From Octopus bimaculoides (taxonomy: Eukaryota): a DNA stretch of 64,000 bases. The position numbers and the translations under genes were made by a program. Every line of letters starts with the position of its first letter. Position 1 is the first letter of the stretch. Positions 23,968 through 37,600 of this stretch are shown piece by piece. The stretch covers positions 18,983,723-19,047,722 of the forward strand of contig NC_069000.1 of NCBI RefSeq assembly GCF_001194135.2, written 5' to 3'. Below the pieces are notes generated by a model. It was not told where the DNA came from. It did no database searches and saw only the letters and a program-made list of their open reading frames with translations.

Positions 23968-24299
23968 CGCACATACATGAGGGAAAGGCTGCTGTCAACA
24001 GTTGGTTTGGGAGGCCAGTTCCACTCCAATCTGCAAGGTTGATATTGTACAAAAGTTTAGATTAGCTCTTATTAGAGTTGTTACCAGTGCTTGTTGATTT
24101 AAGATTTTGAACATTCTCTAGAAGGAATTTTTGTTTACTAATTGCACGGATAATCTCAGCTGACCAATGTTTACAGTTCACTCTATTACATATATGGAAC
24201 CCTTAAATATTTGTAGCTGGTATAGTATCTTCTTCAATCATGTCTTTCATTCTCCCATCACCTTTATCAAATCTTTGAGCTGGTGGTTGAAATCAGTGA

Positions 24300-24640
24300 T
24301 AGAATCTTTGACACTCTGAACTGAAAATCCTTCATTTAAATGCAGTTTAGGACATTTATATATTTCGCAGCAACACAGCTGTTATATAGGTCTTTAAATG
24401 AGCTTTGCAGGTGGTTAACATCTGAAGAATTTCCTGGCGCTAAAGAGGAATCCTAGTCTTAGTGATATTGGTTTAGCAATTTTTAGGTGTGGGGATTGTT
24501 GCAATAGATCATAAAAGTGTGTAAGTGTGGCATTTGTAAAGACTAGTAGTTTTAGTTGTGTGTTATTCATCACCAGAGAAAGTGAGGTATTGATTACCTT
24601 GATGTGTAATGATTGAATCTTCAAGCCATCATTCATAAAG
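24300..24640 (-). pseudogene. decayed L2/CR1/Jockey-type RT C-terminal remnant
   Basis: PHLKIAKPISLRLGFLFSARKFF then, in a shifted frame, QMLTTCKAHLK; resembles HI..IAK.AS.KLG.L.R.R.FF...QLL.LYK. Confidence 0.4.
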
Positions 24641-27139
24641 CATGTACAGTGTAAGGTGCTTAGGTGACCAGAATGTTAAGGAAGAGTGAATCATATTATC
24701 ATCTTCACAATAATGTATATATTGTTAGAAAAACAGCAGTATACTGTGCTGAAGGAAGAGTATGGGAGACATTAACAAAACTACTCTGCATCGTGACTGG
24801 TAGCTTCTAATCCAAAAAATAAGAGAGAGACCAAAGGTAGCCAACATGTGATAGACCAATGAAAAGGTATAATTAGACCAAAATCTGGCTTGTTGGAGGT
24901 AGATTGGAATTTAAAATGTTAGACATCATGATCAAATATCAGTATAATTATGAGCCCAAAATGGGAATAAATATTTAACGAAATAAAAACCAAACCTAAA
25001 ATAATAAAATGTTTCAAAATATAAATAAAATGAAAAACAAATACCAGAAGAAAGTAAGTGCAATAATGTACAACTAACAGTTAATTGCAAAGACCACATT
25101 ATATTACTTTATGCTGTTAAATTAACATGCCACAGCTTGAACTTTGAACATTAATAGAAAGCGCATGTGCGTGCGTATGTGTGTGCGCACATGTTTATGC
25201 ATGCACATATACACACACAAATCAATAGAGCAGTTGATTGGCTCCCAGATGGAGGTCAGTTGTAAAAGATATATAAATAGTTATGTGCTAAGTGTAACCA
25301 GCTGGTACTAGATTTCAACAAAATATATGCCAAGTATGAGAGCTTCTTTCTAAGAGAACACTACACAAATTCAGCCTTTGAAATCAAAAGAGTTATAAAC
25401 AGTTAATTTGGATTAGATAAATACTAGATCAGTAAGAACTCCAGTCACATATCTATTGACAATTCTTTTGTAACCCTTGAGTTTTTTAAACAATGCTCAA
25501 ATCTTGAAATTTATTTATTCGTGTGATGTCATAACAGAATGGAAAATTTGAAATGGGCAAAAGAAATCAAGCAAAAAATGATAACCAATAATAATGCAAT
25601 GGCAGTAAATTAGAAGATTTACTAGTTGTGGTCTATTGGATAAATAATAATAATTTAAGAGACTATAAGAGTAGTGACTACATTACACCCATTAATTGCT
25701 TTATAAGAGAGACAAGAATATGACATGGGTCAAAAGTATGAATTGATTGTTAGGTGTTATTCTTTAGCCTTAGGTTAACACTAATCCAACAGACTTATAA
25801 CAAAGACATTTCAACTATGACTGTCCAATCTTTAATTCAGACACAGTATTCTAAGATTCCATTACCCACTAAGTCTTTTTAAAGATGGTAAGATGTAACT
25901 TCAGAGAAATTTGGTCACTATTTTTAGTAGGTCAAGTGTTTACATAGAAGTTTTCATACTGTTTGATAGTTGAGAAACAGCTGATAAATAAGTATTATTT
26001 CTATTTCCTCCGTCTGACAACATTACACACAAACTTAGTATAGCAGTTACTGCTAACATTTCCTGAACAAGCACTAGAGGTTCAATACAGCTGTATTGTT
26101 CACATACACAAAATACAGGAGTATGTACATAGTTAAGGTGATAAATTATTATTCTTACCATGCACCATATTTGAAAATGTAACCAAAACATTTTGTGAAC
26201 TATCAGAAAAATATTTTTAAAGTCCCTCCTCTCTTTGTGACACACACACACATACACTGCATGGAAAGAAATAAGCTGAGAGAGGGATTTGCAGGGTTTA
26301 AAAGAAAATCTATAATGTTACATTCCATCAGTATATTGAAGAAATAAGTTTAGTTATGGTTATTTAACAAGGGAGATAAATATATCTAGACTGTAAATAA
26401 TCCTAATTCTTAAACAGATAAATGCCTATAATTATACTCCTAGTTTATATCATTATTACTTCATCTTTTTTTCATATACAAGTCTACATTATCTAATGTC
26501 GCCTTTCCTAATTTAAGATGGTAGTTTGTGTGTGTGTGTGTGTTGAGGGAAATTTTGCTACTATTTCTAATTACTAGAAGTAAACTTGGTTCAATGCAAA
26601 CATGCTTGTTGTTACTGTTTATATCAACACAACCATGTTCAAACAGACCTAAAATAAAAGGCATTCTCATCCTGACTATCCTGTCTTTTTGCACATCAAG
26701 ACTGCATTTCCAATACATTATTGAAGATAGAAGGGTGTAATTTGAAGATCTGGTTGCGATTTCCAGCAGATCAAGCAGCCATGTACTGGCTTCCTTATTG
26801 AGACCAGTCAAAACTCTTGTTTGCCAATAAACAACTCTTCTCTCTTCTTTTACACTTTCTATTTCATTCTTTCAGAACAAAGGTTGGTGTATGAGATGGT
26901 GTGAGGGATGAGTTACTTAGAGAAGGTGCAATAGATGGTGAGGAAATTGCTAGCATTATTTCAGTTACATATAACTATCTTTACGTAAGTTCCATTATAA
27001 TAAAAATATCTTAGAATGACAAAAGACAGAGAGGTGGGCTGATTAAATGTAATTACATACATTGCATATAAATTAGTCCAGATTAACATTTACTGTGAAT
27101 ATTTGTAAAGTTACAATGATTGCATGAACCACATAGAGA

Positions 27140-27470
27140 GCAGGCATAGCTGTGTGGTTAAGACGTCTGTGGCTATGGGCATTTGGGTATTTTACATTGT
27201 AGTCTTAGCTTGACCAATATATTATGAAAATAATTTGGTAGATGGAAATTATGGTGTGTGCACGTGTGTCTGTGTCCACAAGCACTAGTTTAAAACAACA
27301 CATCAAGTTGAACCCTTTTACATCAAAAAGAAACTTATTCATTTGAAAAACAAATATCAATAAAATAAGTGGTATCAGAAATTGATGTGACCCACTAAAA
27401 TTCTAGAAGATAGGGATCCAGCATGGCTGCAGTTCAATGACTGAAACCATTAAAAGAATAAAAGCATATG
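27140..27470 (+). mobile_element. degenerate CORE-type SINE
   Basis: gcaggcatagctgtgtggttaag head and gcatggctgcagttcaatgactgaaac tail. Confidence 0.6.
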
Positions 27471-28628
27471 CAGACTGATTGAAGTGTAAACGTTCACTAT
27501 TATGGAATGACAAATAATGTATTTAAATTGTAAAGAGAAACTAAAGTCAACCGTTATATGCTAACTACTGTTACAACTGATTTCACCACCAATATTTATT
27601 AAGTTACTGTAAATATCTATTTATTTAAAGAACCCTGAATTAATAATCACTTCAGTCTCTATAAGATCAAAATTTGAAGTTACATGTATTTCAGTCGTAT
27701 TTAAACCACGAAAAGTAATAAGGAATAAATTGACTGCATATAGAAACCCTCAAAGGTCATAAGTCTTAAATTATACAGTTGGGGGGTGTCCAAAATTTGA
27801 ATAAAAACAAAATCATTAGGCTTTTTTTTTTTATATATATTATTACGATTCAGTCTGATTTTGCTCTCAAACCATGGCCATCCACTCTTTGCTATTAATC
27901 TTCGTCTCCCACCTGATAAGCTCAAGGTTTATTCAACAATAACCACTACTACTTCACTCTGTCATTAATCCTGACTCAATGATATATAGAATGATGAATT
28001 ATTTATTTCATTGGGAACAAATATTTCCCGTCAATTTCAAATGGATTTAACATGTCTTATGCTTCCAAGTGCTTTTTAAGTTTTCTTAATATTAACATAA
28101 TTTCTCAAGAAATGTGATGTAAGTTCAGATCTATTAAATTCCAATATAAAAACGGTGAGATTCTACTTTTCCTAATTGCAGTCCACAATAAATTTTTAGT
28201 AATATAAAAGAGAAATAGTTTTAGAGGAGAAATAAGAGTACATCTTAGAATTATTCTAATTTGTAGAAACAATATCATTACCAGTGATTTTAAAAAAATA
28301 GAAAATAAACAGCAAAAACTTAAATATAAAAAGCCAAAAGAAATTCTGAAAGCAAACGTTAACTGAAAATGCATTGTTGTGAAATTAAGAAACTATTAAA
28401 AAGAAAGTGGAGCGAATTTAAAAAGAATATCTTGAAATATAATTTTATATCACTTATAACTGGGGTGGAGGATTGTTAAAGTAGAGCCTAAAGTAGAAAA
28501 GGTTGTAACAATGGAAGCAGGTGAAGGGGAAAAAAAAAAAAAAAGCAAACTATCCTTTTAACATTAAATCAAATATATCATTAAGTTATTGTGGCAAAAA
28601 GGTTTAGTGTGAAAAATATTGAACTTAC

Positions 28629-28677
28629 CAATTTACCCTTGGGTTTTCTGCTTTTTGTAAGCGTGAAGTGGTACAAG
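28629..28677 (-). ncRNA. candidate host-transcript exon (49 nt)
   Basis: Strong acceptor tttttttccttttcag| and donor TTG|GTAAGT. Confidence 0.35.
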
Positions 28678-29227
28678 CTGAAAAGGAAAAAAAATGAAGA
28701 TAAAATATTTCATCTAAAACAATTTCATATGATGGAGAGAGTGAACAAATTGTTATTCATGTATAAATTTCTAAAGAGACTGTCATAAGCTCATACTAGT
28801 AAATGCTTCTATCTCAAAACAATATCTAAAATAAAATTCTTTAATGGAAATACAAAATTGTGAGTTAAAAAGTTCATCCAACAGAAAAACAAACAATACT
28901 ATCCCCATTCTTCATTATTTAACAAGATTTTTTATTAAAAACATCATATCACAGTGAAAATTGCTCACTTTATATAAAATCTAAAAACAAATTTATAAGA
29001 AATTCAAAAGAAATATGGATGTCTATTTATTTGTTCATCACTTACAAAACAATATATTTATATATAAATAATATATTATTATGGTTAGGAGGCGAACAAT
29101 AATCTGTACCAGAAAGAATTGGATAAAGAATAAAACAAGAAATTTACATTATTGGGTTGCAAAATGATATAGAAGTAAAGCACCTCCTGTCCCTTATGTA
29201 CTAAAAGAGGGACCCTACACCATCTCT

Positions 29228-29860
29228 TCAATAGTTAGCCCAGAGCCTTAACGAACCTCTATTACTGGTGACATGGCCAGGTGATCTAGGTGATTGCACA
29301 GATGGTAACAACTGCTATTCAGTCCAGTTAACATCATCCCAGGAAAGAGAGAACACTTTTCTCAAAGCTGGAGAGAAGCCTGGTTTACTGAAACATCAAC
29401 AACTGTGCTTACTTTCTGCAGCCCCAGAATCGGTAGCTGAGAGGATCTGAGGGTTTCCAAGTGCACATCATACCAATGACATCTACCCAAACATAGCTAT
29501 CATCTCAAAATCCACCAAACAGGTGATCATGTAGGAATTGACAGTGCCCTAGGAAGAACTGATGAAAGAAATCTTGCCAAATACTCTGAGCTAGTAGAGC
29601 AGTACAGAAGCCAAGGGTGGTGGGCTCATTGCAAGGTAATTGAAATAGGCTGCTGGAATTTTGTGTTGCATTCACTCTGCAAAACTCAAACTTGGCTTGG
29701 AGTTACAGGTGCAGCAAAAAGGCCCATACATTCCATGATTGAAGTAGCCAAGAAAGCCATTAGATAGCATACAAGCTGGGACTTGATCAAGCCCAGTTGG
29801 AGTCTGGTGTTGAAAGACCCACAAACATCAACGATGATGCATCCAAGAGCATCTGTGAGA
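29228..29860 (+). pseudogene. decayed HERO-like RLE non-LTR retrotransposon, 3' end of ORF plus 3' UTR
   Basis: Broken translation ALTNLYYW*HGQVI..TLFSKAGEKP..IISKSTKQVIM*ELTVP*EE..LAKYSELVEQYRSQGWWAHCKVIEIGC..LGVTG.., followed by gctgggacttgatcaagccc..gttgaaagaccc..gatgatgcatccaagagcatc. Confidence 0.85.
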
Positions 29861-30884
29861 TACAACTTGGAAGAAAGACTAACATTTGAAGTCCTATCTT
29901 AGAAATGTTAGCCTCTACATCATACAATTCTTCAGTTACCTACTTTAACAAGTGGATTATAAAAATTATGAAGTTTAGGTAAGTTGTATTTAATAGTAAT
30001 GTTTAAGGAAGGAGAAGTAAGTCTGTTGACAGTAATAATAGAAATAATAATTTTGTGGGGTTTGGTACATTAAATTATAAACAAATTCTTAACTGAAAGA
30101 ATAGTGCTAATTAATATAAACAAGCGATAAATATCTGTAAGAATTTTACTTTGATATAACTTTTCATTACGATTCTATTTCCTAACACCAATCTGTGCAC
30201 AGCCTTGCACATGTACATGTTCTTTTTCCTCACTACCCTGGACAGTAGCGTGATGGTTGTGCTCTCTATGAGGAGGTCAAAATAAGACCAAAACATGCCC
30301 ATACTTCTCTCCCATACTTGCAGATAAATTGAAAAAAAAAAATCATTCATTGACTCACTACATAACTACTTTGAATTAGCTTGAAAATGCACCTTGCATT
30401 AAGTATGCTAACACTAATTTAACTAGTGTATAACTTTGATAATATTTTATAGATGTATCTACCCTTTATCATTGCAACACTTAATCCTCCAAGGACATAA
30501 ATTATTCAGCTTGTCAAAGTTATAACAGAAAAAAAAAAAAAAAAAAGATTCATTATATATACGATAAAGCAAAGTAACATTAATTTATAATCGAGAATTA
30601 AATCTACAGAATATCAAAGATATTCTATTTAAAAAAAACTGAAAACTTTAATCATGAGGACTTTTTGTTGTTTCAATCTCACTAAATATTTGTAAACATG
30701 TTTACAAAAGTATAGCCTATAATAACCTATTTTCTAGACTATACACACCATGAGGGTAGTGATGATAACAATATGGTTACCAGAGCTCCCACATTTCAAG
30801 TGTAACACTGACTTATTTAAATTTAACACACATCTGAAACAATAATAATAACACACTTGGGTAATGTAATCAGCACTAATTAGA

Positions 30885-31130
30885 AGTGTGTAGCTTAGTA
30901 GTTAGGGTGTTGCACTCATGGCTGTAAAATTATGGTTTTGATTTCTAGATCAAGTGATGTGTTGTGTTCATGAGCAAGACACTTCATTTCACATTGCTCC
31001 AGTCCACTCAGCTGATAAAAATGAGTAATCCTGCAACAGACTGGTTGTGCTGGTCAAGAGAGGGGTGGACATATACACCACAGAATCTGAGAAAGCAGCT
31101 TTATGAGCCTATGGCTTAAGAAGGACCTTT
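30885..31130 (+). mobile_element. CORE-type tRNA-derived SINE
   Basis: gtagcttagtagttagggtgttgcactc head and gagcaagacacttcatttcacattgctccagtccactcagctg. Confidence 0.7.
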
Positions 31131-31770
31131 GATCCTTTTGAATCAGTACAATAAGGAAGATCCTATGATTAGTAGGGTGTGATGTTTATAGTGGATGAAA
31201 AGGTTTAGACAATGTCAGTCTTTGTTGATACTTAACAACACTAAAAGAATGTTATTTTCTATACATACAGAAAAAAAAAATGCTTTGCAAGAGTAACATT
31301 GCAACAGGAATTGAAGTAATAGTCATTAAAGTATTCTACTTCTTGAATAATTGCCACTTGGATTAAATTGCCCAACTACTTTAATAGCCAGTAACTGTTT
31401 AAACAAAACACTTATCACTTTTAGGCTTTCATGCTTTTTCTCACAAAGACTAAAGTAGGAGTAAAAAGGAAAACAATGTTCCATAATGAAGTGATACACA
31501 CATGTAAAATGCATCGAATCTCATACCTATCTTACATTATCAAATCAAATACAAAATCCTACTAAACCAAACTGCATCATATCACTTATTTAACTATGCC
31601 ACAGACTCAAAGAACATCAAATATTTCTCTTCAAAGAAAGAAACTTCTAAATAGTCTGTTTGACTGCATTTTACCAACATTCAACACATGCTACTTATTA
31701 ACTTCTCACATTAATTAGATATCTTCCATTACACGTCATGCTACCAATCACAGGGATCAATTCTTAATTC

Positions 31771-31842
31771 TACTGATCAAATATATAAATATACTGATCA
31801 AATACATAAATATACTCTACTGATCAAATATATAAATATACT
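31771..31842. repeat. short minisatellite, three copies of tactgatcaaatatataaata
   Basis: Seen directly. Confidence 0.85.
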
Positions 31843-32073
31843 CAACAATCCACTCAGCTACCTATGCCAAATATTGGTTAAGAAGTTAAGACAATGCCAT
31901 AGACTATAACAAAATTCCCAAGGCTCTGTGAATAGAAATCTACAAGATTTTGTCAAATTTCTCAGCTTTTTCAAACAATATACATATGATTTACATAGTA
32001 TGTTAACACAAAATTCAATAGCTATGATAGTACTATCACATTCTTTCAGATTCCTTAATATAGCCAAACCAAA

Positions 32074-32964
32074 TACAAAGAGGTACCCAAAAGAAACCGG
32101 AATTTTGCAATATTATTTTATTCACTTAGTTTTACATGTTTACATTTTTATCACCTTCAAAGTATTCTCCATTTAAAGCAATGCATCGGTCCAGACACGT
32201 TTCCCACTATTTGGAAGCAGTGTTGGAACTCTTGCAAAGTGATGCCTTTTAATGCCTCCATTGTTTTTTTCTTCACCTCAACCACATCTGTAAATTCCGT
32301 AGCACCAGCTTTTATCACCAGTGATAACCTTAAAAAAAAAAAGGTTCGGATCAACTTTCAGATGTTCTTTCAGTTCACGACACGCATTCAGTCCTGACTG
32401 CTTTTGATCTTCCGTGAGCAAGGGAGGCACAAATTTTGCTGCAACTCTTTTCATTCGCAAATCCTTGCTCAAAATTCGTTAGCTGGAGCTCCAGGACACA
32501 CCAGTCATATCAACAAGTTCATCAGTTGTTCCATGACGGTACTTCAAGATCAGTTCATGAAATTTTGTGATGTTTTCATTTGTTCGGTTGATGGTCGTCC
32601 CGATCAAAGTTGGACTTCATGTAACAAGTGACCATTCCTAAAGCGTAGAAACCACTCATAAACTTGTGTTTTGCTCATGACAGCGCCTTTGTAAGCTGTT
32701 TGAAGCATGAGAACTGTTTCGGCTGCTGTTTCCCCCCAGCAGAAAACAGAATTTCATGGAAGCACACTGTTTCTTTGTTTCAGCCGTCGCAAAAATTGAT
32801 GAACAGGGGAGAAGTACTGCAAAACAAAGACGCACTTTGTGACAGTATGACCCAACCTGATGGCACCGGTTGGCAAACCGATGCCTGAGGGTTGCTTCTA
32901 GTAGAAAAAGCTAGAACTACAAAAGGTTTGTCCCACAGAGAATGTTTCCGGTTACTTTTAGGTA
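32074..32964 (-). mobile_element. internally deleted mariner element with both TIRs
   Basis: TIRs tacccaaaagaaaccggaa (32084-32102) and ttccggttacttttaggta (32946-32964). Transposase pieces KFCFLLG..YEWF..SGRPST..LRMKRVAAKFVPPLLTEDQK..KVITGDKSWCYG are fused almost directly to C-terminal EVKKKTMEALKGITLQEFQHCF. Confidence 0.9.
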
Positions 32965-34450
32965 TATATTAGAAGCTACCAGTTCTAGTCTTACCAATAT
33001 CACTCCTCCTAACATAATACTGGAAAACAAACTTATATTTGTGTATCAAACTTATTAAAAGTAAGAAGAAAGAGAAAAAACAAACAAACTAAAAGTCCAA
33101 TTTAGCATATATAACACTTCAATAAATCACATGTAGCACAGTATCCTTGACTGGATAGCAAACCATAACCACAGCAAAGACTACACAGAGGAGTATACAA
33201 GACCTTGGACCAGATTAAAAATAAAAGCAGGGAGGTGTACCTATAGGTTACTGTCAAGCATTTTGCTGTCATAGGGCAGAGTTGATCGGAGCTACTCAAG
33301 AATAACAGTTCTACAGGGCAAAACTTCACTCGATGAGCAAACCCACTCAGAAACTCTTCAGTAACTGGACCATTGTAGAACCAAGGTCTTCAGTAACCAC
33401 TTTCACTGTAGCTACAATGAAATTTCCTTTTCTGAACTTGCCAATTTTCTCATCTGTTCCATTAATTCATCACAGCAACTAGAAAATTTACTTATATCAT
33501 GGATCTAGAAACCAAACAGCTAATTAGTTGCCAGCCATTTAGGTGAGAACTAAGGATAAAATTGAATTCTAATCACAAAAGAGAAACCTATGTTTCTGTT
33601 ATAAATTATATATTAGAAAGAAGGGCATACAAAAAAAAAAAGCTGCCTCTGTAAGAGCCAGTTTCCACTCAATAAAATAAATTATTTGTATAGAGAAAAT
33701 TCCTATGGTTTAGAACACAATGGTGTTTCTAAGTGACTCACTAATAGGAGTCTCGCTAAACAGTTGGCAACAGAATGTTGAAATAGTGCAGTCACAAATG
33801 TTATAAAATGTATGAGATGCAAAGAGGGAAGGAAAATATGATCATTATATATAGAGGGCAAACAAAAAAGCTATGTAAGTTTACTTAGCTAATTAATAAA
33901 AGAGAAAAAAAGTTTACAAATATTCTATGCAGTGATGTAAAAGTTTCAAGTGTTTCGATTGTGGTGTTTGGGAATGTATTAAGGGAAAAACTTAGATAAT
34001 GTAACGATAATTGCATGGATAAGGACATATAAAAACAAATGGATGGTGCATGGCGAATGCAAAAGTGTAAAGAAGTCAGAGAGAGTTGAGAATACTGGGG
34101 GTTCACAAACAGTACAATACATAGAGATAATAAATTATTGACTCTTCAAATATAACCTAAATGTAAAAATGGATGCTAAGCTGATGATAATGACATCCCA
34201 GGTGAAAATAATGGCTAATTAATGACTTAAAAAAAGGTTCATTATACATTTTTGAATGCAACTTTCAAAATCTCCTTCATAAATATCAAATGTATATAAA
34301 ACAAAAGCATAGGATGTGGAGAAAACAAAATGTAAGGAATGTTTTGAAAATATATTTGAAATTACTTATTTTAATGCCCCATTCAGTTGAAAGTTGAAAA
34401 AATAATTGAATAAATTACATTTTAGTTTGTATCAAGCAATATATTTATTT

Positions 34451-34838
34451 TCTTTTATCTTTTACTTGTTTCAGTCATTGGCCTGCAGCTATGCTGGGGC
34501 ACCACCTGAAAGGATTTAGTCAAATTCTACACCAGTACTCAATGTTAAGTTTGGTACTTATTCTATTGATCTCTTTTGTCAAAGTGCTAAATAATAGGGA
34601 TGTAAAGAAACCATCGTCACTTGTTGATCCAAAGAATGTGGGAATAGAAAGCAAAGACAACGGTACGCGCACACACACAATGATCTACTACACAGTTTTC
34701 TTCAACTAAATTCACTCACAAGGGCAATGGTTGGCCTGGGGCTATAAAAGTGGAAGACTTTGCCCAAAGTGCATTAGGACTGAACCCAAAATACATGGAT
34801 GCAAAGTGAGCTCCCGAACCACACAGCCGTGTCTGCAT
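34451..34838 (-). mobile_element. CORE-type SINE, full length, degenerate
   Basis: Same head and tail as 12602-12960. Confidence 0.7.
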
Positions 34839-35006
34839 CTAATATGTATATTAGGTTCTACATAAACTAATGTGCAAGCTTTATAAAGATAGTTAAATTA
34901 TTTCTGTTACAAAATGACCCCTCATTATGAAGATGGCAAATGAATACTGATTGTTGTTGCAATATAGATTTCTAGCATAAAGGATGGTATGTACATACGT
35001 ACGTAC

Positions 35007-35082
35007 GTATGTATGTATGTATGTATGTATGTATGTATGTATGTATGTATGTATGTATGTATGTATGTATGTATGTATGTAT
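35007..35082. repeat. (GTAT)n microsatellite
   Basis: Seen directly. Confidence 0.95.
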
Positions 35083-35109
35083 AAGCCAGCTGAAATCACA
35101 GTTGTGACT

Positions 35110-35731
35110 GTTGCCAGTGTCATGTAAATGGCACCCATGCCAGTGGCACATAAGAAGCACCCATTATACTCTTGGAGTGGTTGACATTTGAAAGGGCACC
35201 CAGTTGTAGAAATCATGCCAAATCAGACTGGAGCCTGATGCAGCCCTCCGGCTTACCAGTTCCAGTCAAACCATCTAACCCATGCCAGCATGGAAAATGA
35301 ACATTAAATGATGATGTACACACACACACTGCATGTATGTGATGTATTTGGTGCAGTAATTAATGCAAAGCAACTCACCATAAGCTATTGAAAAGACTCG
35401 ACAGCAGTAATAGACAGTCAACTAAATTCATGGAAGGAATGGTTATAATAAAATACAGTATCGCCTTCCTGGCACTTGTGCCGGATGGCACGTGTAGAGA
35501 CATTCGAGCAAGATCGTTGCCAGTACCGCCTGACTGGCCTTCGTGCCGGTGACACGTAAAAGCACCCACTACACTCTCTGAGTGGTTGGCGTTAGGAAGG
35601 GCATCCAGCTGTAGAAGCTCTGCCAAATCAGATTGGAGCCTGGTGCAGCCATCTGGTTCACCAGTCCTCAGTCAAATCGTCCAACCCATGCCAGCATGGA
35701 AAGCGGACATTAAACGACGATGATGATGATG
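35110..35731 (+). mobile_element. two RTE-like 3' tail copies (older 35110-35318; young 35455-35731) ending in (GAT)n
   Basis: ggttggcgttaggaagggcatccagctgtag..aacccatgccagcatggaaagcggacattaaacgacgatgatg. Confidence 0.75.
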
Positions 35732-37600
35732 AGTAACTAGAATGAAGGAGCAGTACAAGTTTCAGGAGTTGTTGGCAATAAACAAGCTTTTTTCTCCATC
35801 TATAAAGCAACATAAATGTGATGCTGCACAGGCTTTGGAAGGGGAAAATTAGCTGCAGCATTAACTTTCAAAGAAGGTGCAGTGTAAATAAACTGAGAGA
35901 ATTAAAGGCATTGGCTAACATATGCAGGAGAGATAACTATAGTGGCATGGACAAGTGGATTGATAAGTTGTGGGTGAAAATGTGCCTAATACTGATACAG
36001 AATGGAAATGGATGAGACAAAGTGGTAAATAAGGATACTGGGTTTCATTGATGAGATGTTGTGCTACAGATCTATTCATTCAATGTTAATAGGGAAACAT
36101 GAATGTCAAAATGGCAACAGCATGATGACATAGCAGTTATAAAGTAATTGCGATAGAAATTTAAACCAAATTTGTCAGATGAAGAAAGCATGACAATTAT
36201 CAGTTATAATTGTAGACATTTTTGGTAAAAATCATACTTTGGAAAGTTATTGAAACTACCTTCAGTCCATAATATATGTAAATACAAAATGTAAACAATT
36301 GAAAGATGTTTTACTTATATGTAGAAAATACTAATTGTAAATTTATTCACAATTTATCCACATACAGGCTATCTAGTTACTTTAGTTTTTTTTAAATAAT
36401 GACACCTAGTTAGTATAATTCGATAAAGCAACTCTACAGGATAGTTTTACATAGCTGGTGACTTAAAAATATGAGTTTGCATTCTACTAAAATTCAACCT
36501 TTATAGAAAGTAAAACTTTGTTTATGCTACTAAACATCTTTTTTAGCATAGGTAAGGCAACGTATTCAAATACAAATATTTACATCTGGATAGCCTTTTC
36601 ACAACAAATAATGATATAGAAGTAGCATTCTAAGTTGGCATTTGAAATCCTATTAGGTTATTTAAACAGTAGAGCTCCTGATTACCTATCTCTAAAAATA
36701 ACTTTCATTTTCTACTTTTTATTTCTTATTTCTTACAAACCCAATTGATCCAAGGAGAGATCATCATTGAAAAGACATATAGAACATACGTCAACAACCT
36801 CACAAAGGAATTAATTCTATTAGACTTAAGTGAAAAAAGTGAAATTTGCAAACTTTCTGTGTTAAAAAGAGAAGAAAAAAGTTTTTCACAACACTAACAA
36901 AATTCAAATTTTAAATACTTCATAAATGATAAAAGAGACTGAATTGTATTAAAATTAAGCTTAATTGTACTCAAAGAATAATTCTGAACTTCATAAATGA
37001 GCAAGATGAGATTTTAAAAACATTTACAAGTTAAAAACTATGACTTGAACTGTAAGAACAATATAACTTATGAATGAGTGACAAGCAATAGGAAAATGAT
37101 ACAAAATTCAATGACGAAACCATTTTCTGCAATCTAAAAGAACTCTACAAGTTAGATGAAAAGAAATACTACTCTGTTCGATGCGATTCATAAAGTTATT
37201 TCAACTCAAAACCCAAAACGAAATGGTAACAATAACATAAACAAAAAATTGCATCTAAAAGCATTTTAAAAAGCTATCAAGAAATCATCAAGATTCTTAA
37301 TGATTTTCCCATTTAAGCATTATTAAATTCTCAAGAAATATGAGTACATATATCAAAATAAACACTTTAAAGATAGTATTTATTAAAACTGATATGGGAA
37401 ATATTAACTTTGTGGAAAAGGAGAGAAACAAATCAGTAACAAAATGACTGGACAGTAACAAAAAGAAAAAAAAATTTCATTGGAATACTAATTTGGCTAT
37501 GTGAAGAAATATTCTAGCAGCATCGTTTTTCTTTTATTTCTCTTTTCAGTAATGCTGAAAAGAATGAAATGAAAGAAAGTAAAAGAAAAAATTAGTCAGC

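Noticed and set aside
24153-24250. Partial matches to miR-216 (taatctcagctg) and miR-71 (tgaaagacatg, minus strand)
   Set aside because: Only 11-12 nt of identity with no hairpin partner; expected by chance.
26461-26850. GC-richer block with 116-aa (-) and 70-aa (+) ORFs and an AATAAA
   Set aside because: No homology recognised and no consistent splice signals on the ORF strand; may be a non-coding element but there is no positive evidence.
33780-36130. Purine-rich stretches at about 33.8-34.1 kb and 35.8-36.1 kb that faintly resemble RTE C-termini
   Set aside because: Too decayed to assign confidently.
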